A stretch of DNA of 60,110 bases, counting the filler, from Squatina squatina (taxonomy: Eukaryota): assembly GCA_031763465.1 (NCBI GenBank). It is 3 parts of 3 records of this genome, joined end to end, with 100 filler letters (N's around TTAATTAATTAA, not from the genome) between each part and the next. Parts side by side here need not be neighbours in the genome. Positions count along the whole stretch, not along the records: positions 1 to 25,694 come from JARFOE010000192.1; positions 25,795 to 47,352 come from JARFOE010000072.1; 1 more part is not named here. The stretch is one strand, 5' to 3'. A model generated the notes under the pieces. It saw nothing but the letters and a program-made list of their open reading frames with translations, was not told the origin of the DNA and searched no databases. The position numbers and the translations under genes were made by a program. Positions 25,241 to 38,407 of the stretch are shown here, in pieces (the stretch's first letter is position 1; every line of letters begins with the position of its first letter).

Positions 25241-25566
25241 ATGCATTCTCTGGTCTTCTTCTGTGCGCAGAAGGTGATATCGGATCACGCCTCGACCCGC
25301 AAAGCCCTGGACTACATCCCTCGCGAGATCTACCCGGTGTTGTTTAAAGCCGCCTTCCTGGACCTGCGGACACTGGTGCTGCGCGATGTGGTGCAGAGGT
25401 GGCCCTTCGGCGTTCTCAACTTCTCCACCATCCTGAAGAGGTGCAAGCACTGCGACCGTGACGTCATCCGGGAGAAGCCCAACAAGCAGTGCTTGCAGGC
25501 GGTGATCATGGGAGTGAAGGACTACCTACTAAACGAATTACGACAGACCCGCACTCTCGCCAACAG
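25241..25566 (+). CDS. LRRC14: Leucine-rich repeat-containing 14 (PRAME-like), first coding exon
   Basis: MHSLVFFCAQKV...IPREIYPVLFKAAFLD...WPF...CKHCDR...LQAVIMG; acceptor at 25196 and ag|gtac donor at 25567. Confidence 0.9.
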
Positions 25567-25694
25567 GTACTCACTGGCATCATTCCACCTGCCGTGCACT
25601 GCTTATCGTTTTTTTTTGTCAATACTGGGGTCTATTAATGATGTGATGATAGGTAATTGCATGTATAATTTTATTTTTAATAATATTTGCCTTT

Positions 25695-25794
25695 NNNNNN
25701 NNNNNNNNNNNNNNNNNNNNNNNNNNNNNNNNNNNNNNTTAATTAATTAANNNNNNNNNNNNNNNNNNNNNNNNNNNNNNNNNNNNNNNNNNNN
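25695..25794. other. Artificial scaffold linker N44-TTAATTAATTAA-N44
   Basis: Six-frame stop pad inside Ns; the synteny block changes across it. Confidence 0.95.
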
Positions 25795-27827
25795 TTGATT
25801 TCAGAACAATCATAGATGCATTAGTGTCAAGCTCCCAGAGTGTGTGAATAAATTGATGTGCTGAACATTAATAAACATACAGCATTCATGGGCACATTTT
25901 GGAGAATTCCATTAATCTAAAAATAAATGAATGAAATGCCAAAATTGTAATACTTATTAGCACATTGTAGAGGCAGCCAGCACTACTTTTATGACTGTAC
26001 GAGTTAATAAAGATAAAATATACAATAGAACAAAAAGTAGAACAAACACCGACTGTCAGCAACAATAGTGCCATCTGAGAACAGGTATAAATGGGCATAT
26101 GGAAAGTGAAAGTTCTGATTTTGAGCATACCCATACTATGATGTGTGTAATCGTCAGGATAATTGTATGATCCCTTTTGTTCTCTACAGTATTCATGAAT
26201 GAATCTATATGCTGACCCAATGGCAGGTAGGTTAAATTTAGAACAATCCTCATAACTCGCAGTGCTGAAGCCAGTGAAAATAGTTGTATAATTATTAACA
26301 CTTTGTCAACAGTGCTGTAAACTGTCAATTCAAACTGATTTTTAAATGAGTATGATCAAGATTGAACTTTGGTCTGTCCGAAGATTATAACTACAGCAGC
26401 GTTAAAGCACAACTCCCATCAACAGGCCTTGACTTCGGAAGTAGAAACAAATAGGAAAAAACAGCCAGAAGTCAATATTCCCACTCCTGATAGTTATCGA
26501 GGGATCTCTGTTGGAGTGTTTGTGTGTGTGGTGTTATGGGATGATAACAGGGGTTCGATCTGACTGTGATGCCCTCTCACGGTTGAATTGCTGGCCCGAT
26601 GCACACACCTGCCGTCCAGCGAGGGGATTAATCAGAAGACAACCGCCGCGCTGGCGTGCGCTTTCCTCTTCCTTGATTTCTACCGGCCACGATGAACCTG
26701 TTGGCGGAATTTTGCCCTCTTTGCCCAGTTTCACGTGTAAAAAATGGCCCCTTGGGGTGAGGCGCAGGAAGGCTGATGTCACCCACGCCCCGCCTTTAGA
26801 AGAAAATGTAAGAAAAAAACACCACCCATCTCTTTAACCTCAACGCCACGCACCTTGGTTCAGATAAATGGCCTGTGAGTGTGATTACAAATCTCAAGGT
26901 CAAACCACTGCTTAAAAATTTAAGAGATTAACCACCGATCTGCACCCACTCACGCCTCAAAAGAAATACCCAGCCAAAAGTCAAATGAATGGTATCCTCA
27001 AATTTAAGGTTGACTGCTGAGTTGCTTTAAACTCCAATGCAAATGTAATATTTTTTCATTAATTACAGTGTAACTGAAGCCCACAAGAGCCACCAACTAC
27101 TCCTTTGTAAAAAAAACCAGTACATTTCCTTCAACAAAGACCTAGAAATACCTGGGGCCCTTTTCTGCTGGTGTAAATATAATTGCAAGTTGCAGTTCTA
27201 AGATGGAGCAGAGTTCTCCAGAGGTCCAAATGGGCAGAAGAAAAAAAAAAATATATTTTTTAAACTCATCAGCCTCCACTGGAGCCACTCTCAACTGGTG
27301 AAGATATCAATCCCCTCTGGAATCAACTGCTTTACTCTAAATCAACTCTCATGCACGTTTCACTCATTATTTAATGTATCTCACATGGAAATTTGAAAAC
27401 TTGAAGAGGATAAATTGTTTATAATGGCAAGAAGGGAAAATCGGCATCCAGAAATCATTGTGTTTGGGGGAAGGGGGCAGAAAGAGAGCAAAAGAAAATC
27501 ATGTAACCACACACTTTGATATCAACAGTCATAATAGAAACACAGATTACAGAAACTAAATTTAAAATCTGAACTCATTTTTCTGAAAAGCTTAAGTTCA
27601 ATTTGAATAATATTTTACCCATCATGAGTTCTCTGCCAATTAAAATCTTCCACAGCAATCAAATATTTGAAAATATAAAAACTTGTAATTTTCAATTAAT
27701 TGCTACTTTATAAACTAATGGTCACGGTAGAAGTTGCGATACATTCAGTAGATAAAAGGGTTCATTCTTACTGCTGCTACATTCTGCTGGAGAAAATAAG
27801 CTCGTGAAATTCTAGCACTCTGCATAC

Positions 27828-27967
27828 CTTTTCCAGTCCAGTACTTCTGAAAACGGGAGGATATAAGAATCTCCAACAATTACAGGAATGCAGCCTGCTT
27901 GAAGGACATCACTTAAGATAGCTTGCCCAAGACGTGCTCCACGCAACACAATGCAAAACATGGCTTC
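27828..27967 (-). CDS. EXT2: Exostosin-2, internal exon
   Basis: 140 nt with cag acceptor and gtatgc donor; [47 protein letters not shown]. Confidence 0.95.
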
Positions 27968-29956
27968 CTGTCATCAAAGAGAAATAAGACATCAGCCCGA
28001 CAGTCTCTTCGAGGCTTTAGATACTATAAATTTTGCGTAAAGCCCATAAATACATAGTATGTAACCAGGAAAATTTACCATAAAAATAAAACTTAAAGAA
28101 GGTGGAAGATTTCTTAAAAAGTGGACTGAGCACCCTCCTCTTCTCTTCAGACCACCTTTTGCGGGAGGCCCTTTTCCCACCATGGCTCTAAGCTACAGAA
28201 CTCCCAACGCAAGACCTTCTCTGGCTCTCTCGTCCCCCTGCCTTAAAAAGCCATCTTTTTGACAAAGGCTTTGGTCACATTTCCTAATTTCAACCATCAT
28301 GGCTCAGTATCTGTTCCTTCCCTCAACAGTAATGCACATCTTTTCTGACATTAAATCCTGCTGCATAAATGCAAATGGGTGCTGTTGTCATCGACCCACA
28401 TTCTCAGCCAAAAATCGGGGCCTATTGGGTAGAGGTGGATAACATTAAAACTAAAAGCTGGGCAAGAAACAAAATATACAGCAACCTGGAGTGTTTCCAA
28501 GTGAATAACTCATACAAAGAATCAGGTGATGTCACGAACCATTACAGGAACAATTAAACAGTTCATATTAACCATTTAAACATCTAAATGGGAGTACACC
28601 CTAAAAATCATTACCANNNNNNNNNNNNNNNNNNNNNNNNNNNNNNNNNNNNNNNNNNNNNNNNNNNNNNNNNNNNNNNNNNNNNNNNNNNNNNNNNNNN
28701 NNNNNNNNNNNNNNNNTTTAAATACTGCAAACAGCAACGGACAGAAATTAAATTTAGTTTGACGTTCGAATTCAAACAGATTATAAATTAAAATGTGTGA
28801 CAACTCTTTGGTTGCTTCAGTTTGCAATAAGTTTGTTAGTTTGCAAAAAGTATTGCCCTTGAGACATTTTCTTGTAGCTGAACTTAAATGAATGCAGTGA
28901 GAAGCAAAAATAAAAGACTCAGTGCTTTATGACTGAATGAACCAGCTTCCAATAATCTGTGAGGTCCTTTTCAGTGATCATTGTAAGCCAAACAATGGGA
29001 GGTTATTGCTCAGATTTTCACTGCAAGCTGGTAGCTATTTCACTACAACAGCAGTTTTATTCCTTTCCATTATATTCAAAATGAATTGCAACATTGGAAT
29101 GTTTGATATAGGTTCCCCACAACCAAATTTACTTTGCTGAGGTGGGGGAGGGGGGGGAGGCGTGTTAAAACATTTTGTTTAAAAACTGTTTCACTACTTA
29201 CCAAACAGCAGTAACTCAGCATCTGTACCCATGTTCTATGCCGAGCTAATTGAGACACGAGAGCTGTGAGGAGCAGCGACTTCGTCTCTTGCTGCACCAG
29301 GCACAAGGCCACAGCTGGAAGCGTTGAGACATTGAGAGCAGAAATGTAGGCTGAGAGGAAGTGACGTGATCCCCACAATTAAAGCAAGAGCCCTGAGTTT
29401 TACAACAGGTGGAATGCGATTTGGATTCACATGTTGCAAAATGGTTACCTTTAAATGTAAGAAAGAAATCACAGGATGAAGCTTCTAGATTGGACACAGA
29501 ACAAAACCATCAATCATTTGTGCTTAGTCTGAACCTCAGTTTCCATCATGATCAGGATCTCCGGTGCTGAGAAATAAACTGTTCCCACTTCAATGTCAAA
29601 ATTTCATATTTCAATCAGAGATCCGTTTTCAGCCTGAACGTCTAACATTAACCTTTGCAACTATTGCACAGGCATGTTATTGAAATGGAGAAACAGGAGC
29701 AGAATCAGTGTGATCTGAATCCGAAGTTAAAAACTGTGAGCTCTATATACTTCTGTATCGCTGGGCAGCTGGTTTCCTGTGTGAGAAAATAGAGTATACA
29801 GCCCTGCTTGCCTCTAAAATATGGCAGCTGCTGGTGGTGCTATTTTGGACTTATGANNNNNNNNNNNNNNNNNNNNNNNNNNNNNNNNNNNNNNNNNNNN
29901 NNNNNNNNNNNNNNNNNNNNNNNNNNNNNNNNNNNNNNNNNNNNNNNNNNNNNNNN

Positions 29957-30240
29957 CAACCACCGGGGCGACTCTAAAGGCAAAATGCAATGTTATGGAA
30001 GAAAAGCCTAAGCAATGGAAACAAGAGGGAAAGGCAGTCCCAAAAGAGGGACAGGGGAGTTCAGAATGGAAGAAAACAGCGGAATGTTATAATTGTGGTG
30101 GACAAGGGCATTTTGCTCGAATGTGCAGGAGACCAACGAGAGGGGGCAGACCAACGAAAGATGACACAGAGGACTTAGAAAAGGCATTAGAACTGGTAAT
30201 GGAAAAGGTTATGAAAAGGAAAGAGAACAGAGATAGTTCC
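29957..30240 (+). mobile_element. LTR retrotransposon/ERV gag fragment with CCHC zinc knuckle
   Basis: CYNCGGQGHFARMC (CX2CX4HX4C) at 30085-30126 in a purine-rich open frame; antisense to EXT2 and between its exons. Confidence 0.7.
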
Positions 30241-31579
30241 AGCCTCCTACATTTGATAATTGGCCATTTGAATCCGGAGGTAGGAAAAGAACAATGCATT
30301 GATACGGTTAGCAAACTGTCTTGGGCTAGATTGAATCTAGACCAGACTATTGAATAATATTTCCTCTGGGATGACAAGTGAAATGTGTTTAGGGAGTCTG
30401 GACCCAGTTCCTTAAAGGCACATCTACAGCACAAACTTTCTTACAAATGTGCCCTCATCAAACGGCCTTGCTTTGGATAGCAATGGCTAGAATGGGCAAC
30501 AGAATTCAACCTACACTGAATCAATGTGGAAAATGCACAAAAGGTGAAATAATGTTCCACGTCCCAAAACCTAATATCAGTTATTGAGTATTAAAAACTA
30601 AAGTCAAAAGTATGGAAGTGTTTTATATATTTTTATGCACTCTAGTTTGTTACATTTTCTTTACAAATTCAAAATGTCTCATAGCAAGGGAACCTTACAT
30701 TTTGGATGATTGCCAAGTAAATGGGAAATTTAAAATTGTGATCTCAGGAGGTGAAAAAAAGTTTTGGAAAAAGCCAAGTATCCACGGCATGAATCAGTTG
30801 CGCAGAAAGAAAGAACACTAACAGAAGGGCATCCACGTTCCATTTCTGTTTCAATCTCTTGGCTATTATTGGGTAATCAGTACCATGGTATGGGCTTTGT
30901 GACCCGCCACAATCCAGGATCGGGTGCTTTCACTTTATTTGTTTTGACCGAATGCAGGTCCCCATAGACAACAAAACCTACTATATCACTTAGTCCCACT
31001 CTTACTTTCTTTGCTTACTTGGCAAGACCATGGAGGGAAGAAAAAAAAATTGCAGCTAAGCTGGGTAAATGTAACCTCACAATTTAGATCAGAATTGTAG
31101 CTTTCACCAGTTTCTTTGAACTTAATCCAGTGGCAATAATATTTAAAAAGGCCAAGTAAAATATTGAAACAAAAATTATTAGCATTTTGCGGCTATGAGT
31201 AGAATTAAAAGTACTTTGCAGTTAATGCAAAATATGAGGTAACGGATGCAGAGATTTAGAAGGTAAAATAAAACTGAAGGAGTAGGTATAGAAGGATGGA
31301 ATGGTTAAAACTCAATTGGCTTTACTCCCTGGCAATAATATATGTTGGCCAAAATTTCACAGAATACATTTCAAAAACTAAACCAACCCATCATTCTCTA
31401 TTACAAAAATAGCAGTATTTTGGAACAATACAAGGCATCTGATATACTGTAGACTTAAGTAATGGTAACATTAAAAACTNNNNNNNNNNNNNNNNNNNNN
31501 NNNNNNNNNNNNNNNNNNNNNNNNNNNNNNNNNNNNNNNNNNNNNNNNNNNNNNNNNNNNNNNNNNNNNNNNNNNNNNN

Positions 31580-31915
31580 AAAAACTAGTATCCTTTAGGG
31601 ATATAAATCTACCGTCCTTACCTGCTCTGACCTACATGTGACTCCAGACCCACAGCAATGTGGTCGATTCTTCGGACGAAGGGTCATCGGCCCAAAACGT
31701 TGACTCTTTTTTTTCTCCACAGATGCTGCCTGACCTGCTGAGTTTTTCCAGCATTTTTTGTTTGTATGGTCGATTCTTAACTGTCCTCTGAAATGGCCTA
31801 GAAAGCCAGTCAGCTGTCAAGGTGGCGGCTCATCACCACCATCTCAAGAGGCAATTAGGGATGGGCGATAAATACTGGCCTTGCCAGTGATGTCCACATC
31901 CATTGAACGAATTTT
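31580..31915 (+). mobile_element. tRNA-type SINE interrupted by a Penelope fragment (31673-31766)
   Basis: The SINE core continues on both sides; TGGTCGATTCTT is duplicated at 31661-31672 and 31767-31778. Confidence 0.75.
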
Positions 31916-32426
31916 TAAAAATTAAAACTCTGTATTGTCTCCTGCTCAAACTCATTCTTTCCCAGAATTGCAAAACTGTGGCACTCCATACATCCTTCAA
32001 TCTGCCTTTGCTTTTAGAACCTACAGGATTTTAAAACCCTTGTTCTGTGTCCCTCTAAATCACCACTTCCCTCACTCACTTCGTTACCTTTTCATATTTG
32101 ATGTCCTGCCCTACGAACTTTGGCCTTTCATCTACATTTCTGGGAAAAAATACAAGTGCTGAGTGCGTAGTTTATGACCCCTTCAAAAATACAAGCAATT
32201 CAATTTTTCTGGCTCTATGGGAAATGAGTATGATTTTAAAACTGCAATTAAAAAATCTTGAAAGCTGATGAGTATACATGTGCAACATAACTTAAAACAG
32301 CTGAAAGCAATCAAAAAGTCCCAGATTGTATATTTAGATCTCGCATAGAAATGCTGACAAAGCTTAATTATTTTCCAAATAAGCAGAAAGATATAAGTAA
32401 ACAAAATGCAGCACTTTGCAACATAC

Positions 32427-32962
32427 CTGGATAGCTGGGCCAATGCCTGGGCAGTTTCCTTTATCCGGAGGCTATTCTGATTGAGCACATCAATTGACGG
32501 AATAAACAAACATGCCCTATTAAGATCATCTGTGTAGAAATCACTTTCTGAAATAGCAGTTAACAGCTCATTATATTCTTTGGAGATGGTGTTGCTGACC
32601 ACAGTGCTGTACTCATCGACATACTTTTTCAGTGGATAGATATAGACTTTGATTCTGTTCTTGGGGTTGTACCCACAGCGGTATACATCAAAGCAAGTGT
32701 GCATTCTACAGCTCAAGTCCCCTCGCTCAGGAATCGGACTGTCTTCAGCTAGTTTGACTTCAGGAACATCGTGGATGCTGCGCTTTTCGACTGTCCACTC
32801 ACTGGTAGCTTCGATGGTATGTGGCCAGAACTGAAACATTCCTGTGGCTACAAGTCCGAGCAGCACAATTGAAAACAGGGCTATGTAATAAATTCGATGT
32901 TTAGTTTTCATCCTGGGAATAAGGGTAGGGCCCCGACTGCTGTACTTGGTTGAAGCATACAT
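32427..32962 (-). CDS. EXT2: Exostosin-2, first coding exon
   Basis: [27 protein letters not shown]...[13 protein letters not shown]...[11 protein letters not shown]; ag|gtatgt donor; 536 coding nt; acceptor at 32987. Confidence 0.97.
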
Positions 32963-34162
32963 AATGCTATTCCCTTCCTATGGGTTCTGGGAGTGAGAAA
33001 AATGCAAGTAATTACAAATACATTTATAATTGTAGCCTTGGTTTTTAAAGTCATTGTTCAATCATTGTTAAACTGTTGAAGTCAATAACTCTAGCAATCG
33101 AACAATAAAATTACAATCTTTGAAATTGGAAAAGGAGCTGAACTTAATTTAAAGCAACTGTATTTTAGTTTCTGTTCCAATCACGCACTAGCCTGTCAAT
33201 CATCACATCACTGCAAGCTCAGAATCAGAATTAATTTAAAAGCATCTGTTTCCAATGCTGCAGTAATTTTAATTTAAAAGGAGGTGGTTCTATGTCATGG
33301 AGCATTAAAACCATTAAAGCTGAGTAACCATTGTNNNNNNNNNNNNNNNNNNNNNNNNNNNNNNNNNNNNNNNNNNNNNNNNNNNNNNNNNNNNNNNNNN
33401 NNNNNNNNNNNNNNNNNNNNNNNNNNNNNNNNNNAGAAGTGGGTCAGTTGGGAAATTTAAGCCGGTGGGATACTGCGCCCGTTACCGACGAGTGTCTTAA
33501 AATGAGCTGAAATCTTTTTGGTTTATCGCGCTTTAATTAAAGCGCCGTCAGTTTAGATGAAGAGGCCAGCTCCATGATAAGAATCGCTGCTTTCGGATGC
33601 ATTCCGCCAAGTGAAAGGGAGGGCGGTCACCCCGTGAACTCTTAAGAGGCGCAAAGTACGGTTGCCAACACGGAGGAAAAGGAGAGCTCTTGATTTTTTT
33701 TCTCAAAAAGCCACCACGATTCCTACACCAGCAAAATCCTTTTTTAAAAAAAACTTAAAGCAAAATACGGGGATGGCGTGAGCCCATGGAGGCAGCGCTG
33801 ATGTCGGCGGCCGTCTCCCAGGGGTGGGTCATGTGAGAGTGGACACGCCGCCAAACTGTCCTCGCAGCCCAGATGTTGGCCTGTTTGGGGAGTCTGCCAG
33901 AGGCAGGGCACGTCATCTGAGATTTCCATATTTTTCCTCATCTACACCGCCGAGTGAACAGAAACACTTGCTGGAAAAAAAAGAGACGTGGAAAGAAGAG
34001 GGTTTCAAAAAAAAAAAACCACGCTCAACTCAAATTACACCTTACGGCAGGATTGCCGAGGAACCATTGGTCGGAGACGGGAGAAGAGAGTTGGCGGGGA
34101 GCTGCACTGTGGGGGGCGGGGGGGTCCTACAATGGGAAAAAACTTGTTTCCAAAAGGTCTGA

Positions 34163-34719
<557 letters not shown>

Positions 34720-34915
34720 NNNNNNNNNNNNNNNNNNNNNNNNNNNNNNNNNNNNNNNNNNNNNNNNNNNNNNNNNNNNNNNNNNNNNNNNNNNNNNNNN
34801 NNNNNNNNNNNNNNNNNNNAGTTCTGTTTCAAGTATTCCAGAGTATTTTCACAACCAGAGTGGAGATTCAGGGTCAGAGGCAGCTCTCATCTTCTGCAAA
34901 ATTGTGAAAGCAAAA

Positions 34916-35293
34916 ATGTGGCGTTCAGCTGCAAAATATTTGCTCAATAACAGAATATACCGAAATGGAATGCAAAAACTACTGACTGGACAGAACGCTC
35001 TGTGTCATCCTCCACAAGAAGTTCTTTTTCAAGGTTGCAGACAACACACACCTGCAGCTTTTAAAATAAGTATGCCGATTTCAACTATCCAAAAAGTAGA
35101 GGCCTTTGATAAACAGCGATGCATCACTGTCCACTGGGAGGATGGAAGCCACAGTCAGTATCCTTATGTGTGGTTAAGGGATAACTGCCAATGTCCCCAG
35201 TGCTTCCTGCCTTCAGCTAAAGCAAGAAAGCTTCCCATAAGAGATTTGGATGTGAACATTTCTGCAGAGAAAGTCATTTTGACTGACTCAAAG
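34916..35293 (+). CDS. BBOX1: Gamma-butyrobetaine dioxygenase, first coding exon with N-terminal extension
   Basis: TIQKVEA...YPYVWLRDNCQCPQCFLPSAKARKL (Zn-binding N-terminal domain); aag|gtatta donor; in-frame ATGs at 34916, 34970 and 35072. Confidence 0.92.
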
Positions 35294-36293
35294 GTATTAT
35301 TAGTTTGAAAAATTCTCAGTATAGTACGTATACTATTATATCTATATTAAACTGTTTTGTCTACATATTAATATGGAGCCATTTAGTGTGCTGTGAAAGA
35401 CTGACTACTAAGCTATACCCATCCATTTTGCTGAGAATCACTTTGTAACTNNNNNNNNNNNNNNNNNNNNNNNNNNNNNNNNNNNNNNNNNNNNNNNNNN
35501 NNNNNNNNNNNNNNNNNNNNNNNNNNNNNNNNNNNNNNNNNNNNNNNNNNTTGAGTCATTTTGTCAGATCTCAGCTAGATTTTAATGAAACTGCTAGATT
35601 CAGATAGGCATTTAATAGTCTTCTACTTCACATTAGCATTCCTGTGTAATGTGTTAACACTCGTGCAAGAACCTTGACATCTAAATTATTGTACATATGT
35701 TATAGGTTAATGACTGTTGATTAGGCTATGAAAATTCTATTGTACATTTTCCCTTGAGACTAATGCCTATGGTTGCTGGTTCTCAATTGGTTTTGGATAG
35801 TCGTACAGAACCTGCCAGCCTAATGTCATTGATTTGTTGGTTCTGGAGGGCATATGGACTTTCCAAAGCTGGATCTTTTGCTTTCCGTTTTCATTGGGTA
35901 AATAGTCTTTGCTGAGTGTTGCCTTACATTATTTTGCAGTGCTAATTACGCTACAGTTATAGTACACTACCAATCTGTACTCTACTGGTTGAAGAGTATA
36001 AAGTGCAACCAACCTAGCTGTACTACAAGCTGCAAATTGTACTGTAATGGTCAGTAGAGAGCTCTGTGTATATGAGCTGACAAGCATACAGACAGCCCAG
36101 CTGTCAGGATGGTAAAATTATAATATTTTGAAAGCGTAGTCGGGAGCATCCGCTTTCTCAAAACACCTTTTGAACAAGTTTCTAATTCAAGTGCCCAAGA
36201 GATCCAATGAGAACTTTTTAAACCCAGGTTGACATTGCATTGGAATCACACTCCTCGTTGTGTAAAGCGAGGCAGTGTAAGTAAGACTGCCTG

Positions 36294-36588
36294 CATAGAA
36301 ACATAGAAGATAGGAGTAGGAGTCGGCCATTCGGCCCTTCGAGCATGCTCCGCCATTCAATGAGATCATGGCTGATCTTCCAACTTCAGTCCCCTGTCCC
36401 TGCTTTCTCCCCATATCCCTTGATCCCTTTAGCCTTAAGAGCTATGTCTAACTACCTCTTGAATATATTTAATGATTTGGCCTCAACTGCCTTCTGTGGT
36501 AGAGAATTCCGCAGGTCCACCACTCTCTGGGTGAAGAAATTCCTCCTCATCTCAGTCCTAAATGGCTTACCCCTTATCCTTAGGCTGT
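36294..36588 (-). mobile_element. CR1 LINE 3' end
   Basis: SLRIRGKPFRTEMRRNFFTQRVVDL.NSLPQKAVEAKSLNIFK and (catagaaa)n tail. Confidence 0.9.
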
Positions 36589-37248
36589 NNNNNNNNNNNN
36601 NNNNNNNNNNNNNNNNNNNNNNNNNNNNNNNNNNNNNNNNNNNNNNNNNNNNNNNNNNNNNNNNNNNNNNNNNNNNNNNNNNNNNNNNGCCTTGGACCCC
36701 CAAATTTACTACACCTCAACATGAAGCTGGCTGTATTTGTGGAGTTGGAAGAAGTAGCAGTGATCTTTTCTGGCTCCACAAAACAACTACTGTAAAGTCC
36801 TGCCAACCTGCTGTTGCTCTCCCTCCCAGCCGAGCGATCGTCACCCGCCCTCTGTGAACTTGCTCACCTCCCCGCCGGGCGAGTTGTCTCTGGCCCCTGC
36901 CAACCTGATGTTGCTCTCCCTCCCTGCTGAACGATCGCCATCCGCCCTCTCCCCGCGAACTTGTCTCTGGGCCCTGCCGACCTGATGTTGCTGGACTGTA
37001 TCTCCATGGAACCTTCTTCAAGAGCCACAACTACTGTCTTGCAGCCAATAAAAAGTTACATTGCAGACCTTCCTAAAATCGTGTTCTCACTTATAACGTG
37101 GTCTCGTGATATTAAACCCACTACACGGCGTATAGCGCGGGAATATCTTTGACCACTGGTTAAGCAATCATCCAATGAGATCGCAGCCTCGTGACTGCTG
37201 AAAGAAGAGCAGGAGAGAAGCACAGAAATTACAGGTAAAGAGACAACC

Positions 37249-37966
37249 ATGTCGACTGAAGCTCGAAAGAGAAAATCTTACACAATTACTGAGAAGCTAA
37301 AAATCATCGACCAGATCAAGGAAGGTGCTACTGAAGCATCCGTTTCTAAAAGAATTGCGGTCACTGAATCAACGATTCGTGGGCGGCTTAAAAATGAAGA
37401 GAAGTTGAGAAAGATGTCAGTAGAGATGGATGAAGGTGGCCAAGCAAGAAGGAAAGCCCGAAATGCCAACAACACACCTCTTGGTTCACCCAGCAGAGAG
37501 TCGAAGGCGTGCCCATATCCGGTCTTGTTATTCAAGCTCAGGCTAAGAGGTTTTCCCAGCAAATGAATGAGAATGCAGGTACCAGGGCTGCAGTACTGTT
37601 TGAAGCCAGCAGAGGATGGTTAGCGAGATCCAGAAACAGGCACGGCATTTCGCAAGCGGTTATGAGAGGGGAACAACGGTCTGCAGATGAGTCAGCTGCA
37701 GCATCATTTCCCGCTGAATTAATGAAAATTATGCACCAAGGAGGATACAACGAAGAAGGAATCTACAACTGCGACGAGACGGCCCTGTACTACAAGATGT
37801 TATCGGAGAAGACACCAGCAGCCAGAAAGCACACCAACAGAACGTGCAGATTAAACTGATCAAAACAAGGTTGACAGTCCTCCTTTGCTGCAACAAAACT
37901 GGACGACACAAGCTGACTCTGCTCGTCATCAGAAAATTCGCAAAACCATCATCTGAACCTAAAATC
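37249..37966 (+). pseudogene. Tigger/pogo (CENP-B/Jerky-like) transposase, frameshifted
   Basis: HTH RKRKSYTITEKLKII...ESTIRG; FEASRGWL..RNRHGI; GE..SAD; IYNCDETAL; RLTVLLCCNKTG.HKL, spread over three frames. Confidence 0.9.
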
Positions 37967-38208
37967 NNNNNNNNNNNNNNNNNNNNNNNNNNNNNNNNNN
38001 NNNNNNNNNNNNNNNNNNNNNNNNNNNNNNNNNNNNNNNNNNNNNNNNNNNNNNNNNNNNNNNNNNAGGATGTGAAAAATGTGATATAAATGCAAGTCTT
38101 TTAGCAACATTTTATTGCTCATGGTATTCTATTTTTTTACAATCATCTACTGTAAACTATGTATGTGAATACAACTCTGAACAAGGATTTTAATTTGCTT
38201 TGAAACAG

Positions 38209-38407
38209 ATCAACAGCATTGGGGTTCAGAGCTCCAGATCCCTTCGGCCAGCTTTGAGGAGGTACTGAACAATGATGAAGTTGCCTATCAATGGCTGTGC
38301 ACACTCCGTAGAATAGGAGTTGTGCAACTAAAGCATGCTCCCACAGAAAAGGGACAAGTGGCTAAACTGGGAAAGAGGATTGGCTACCTGAGGTTGACAT
38401 TTTATGG
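38209..38407 (+). CDS. BBOX1: Gamma-butyrobetaine dioxygenase, internal exon
   Basis: 199 nt with cag acceptor and gtaggt donor; QHWGSELQIPSASFEEVL...WLCTLRRIGVV...KLGKRIGYLRLTFYG. Confidence 0.93.

Noticed and set aside
25739-25750. TTAATTAATTAA palindrome, also at 47397-47408
   Set aside because: Symmetrically padded by Ns; an assembly linker, not biological sequence
26190-26226. Plus-strand ag...gtaggt exon-like segment
   Set aside because: Stops in all three frames
32183-32426. C-terminal extension of the EXT2 ORF (similarly LRRC14 after 25566)
   Set aside because: Intron read-through past canonical donors
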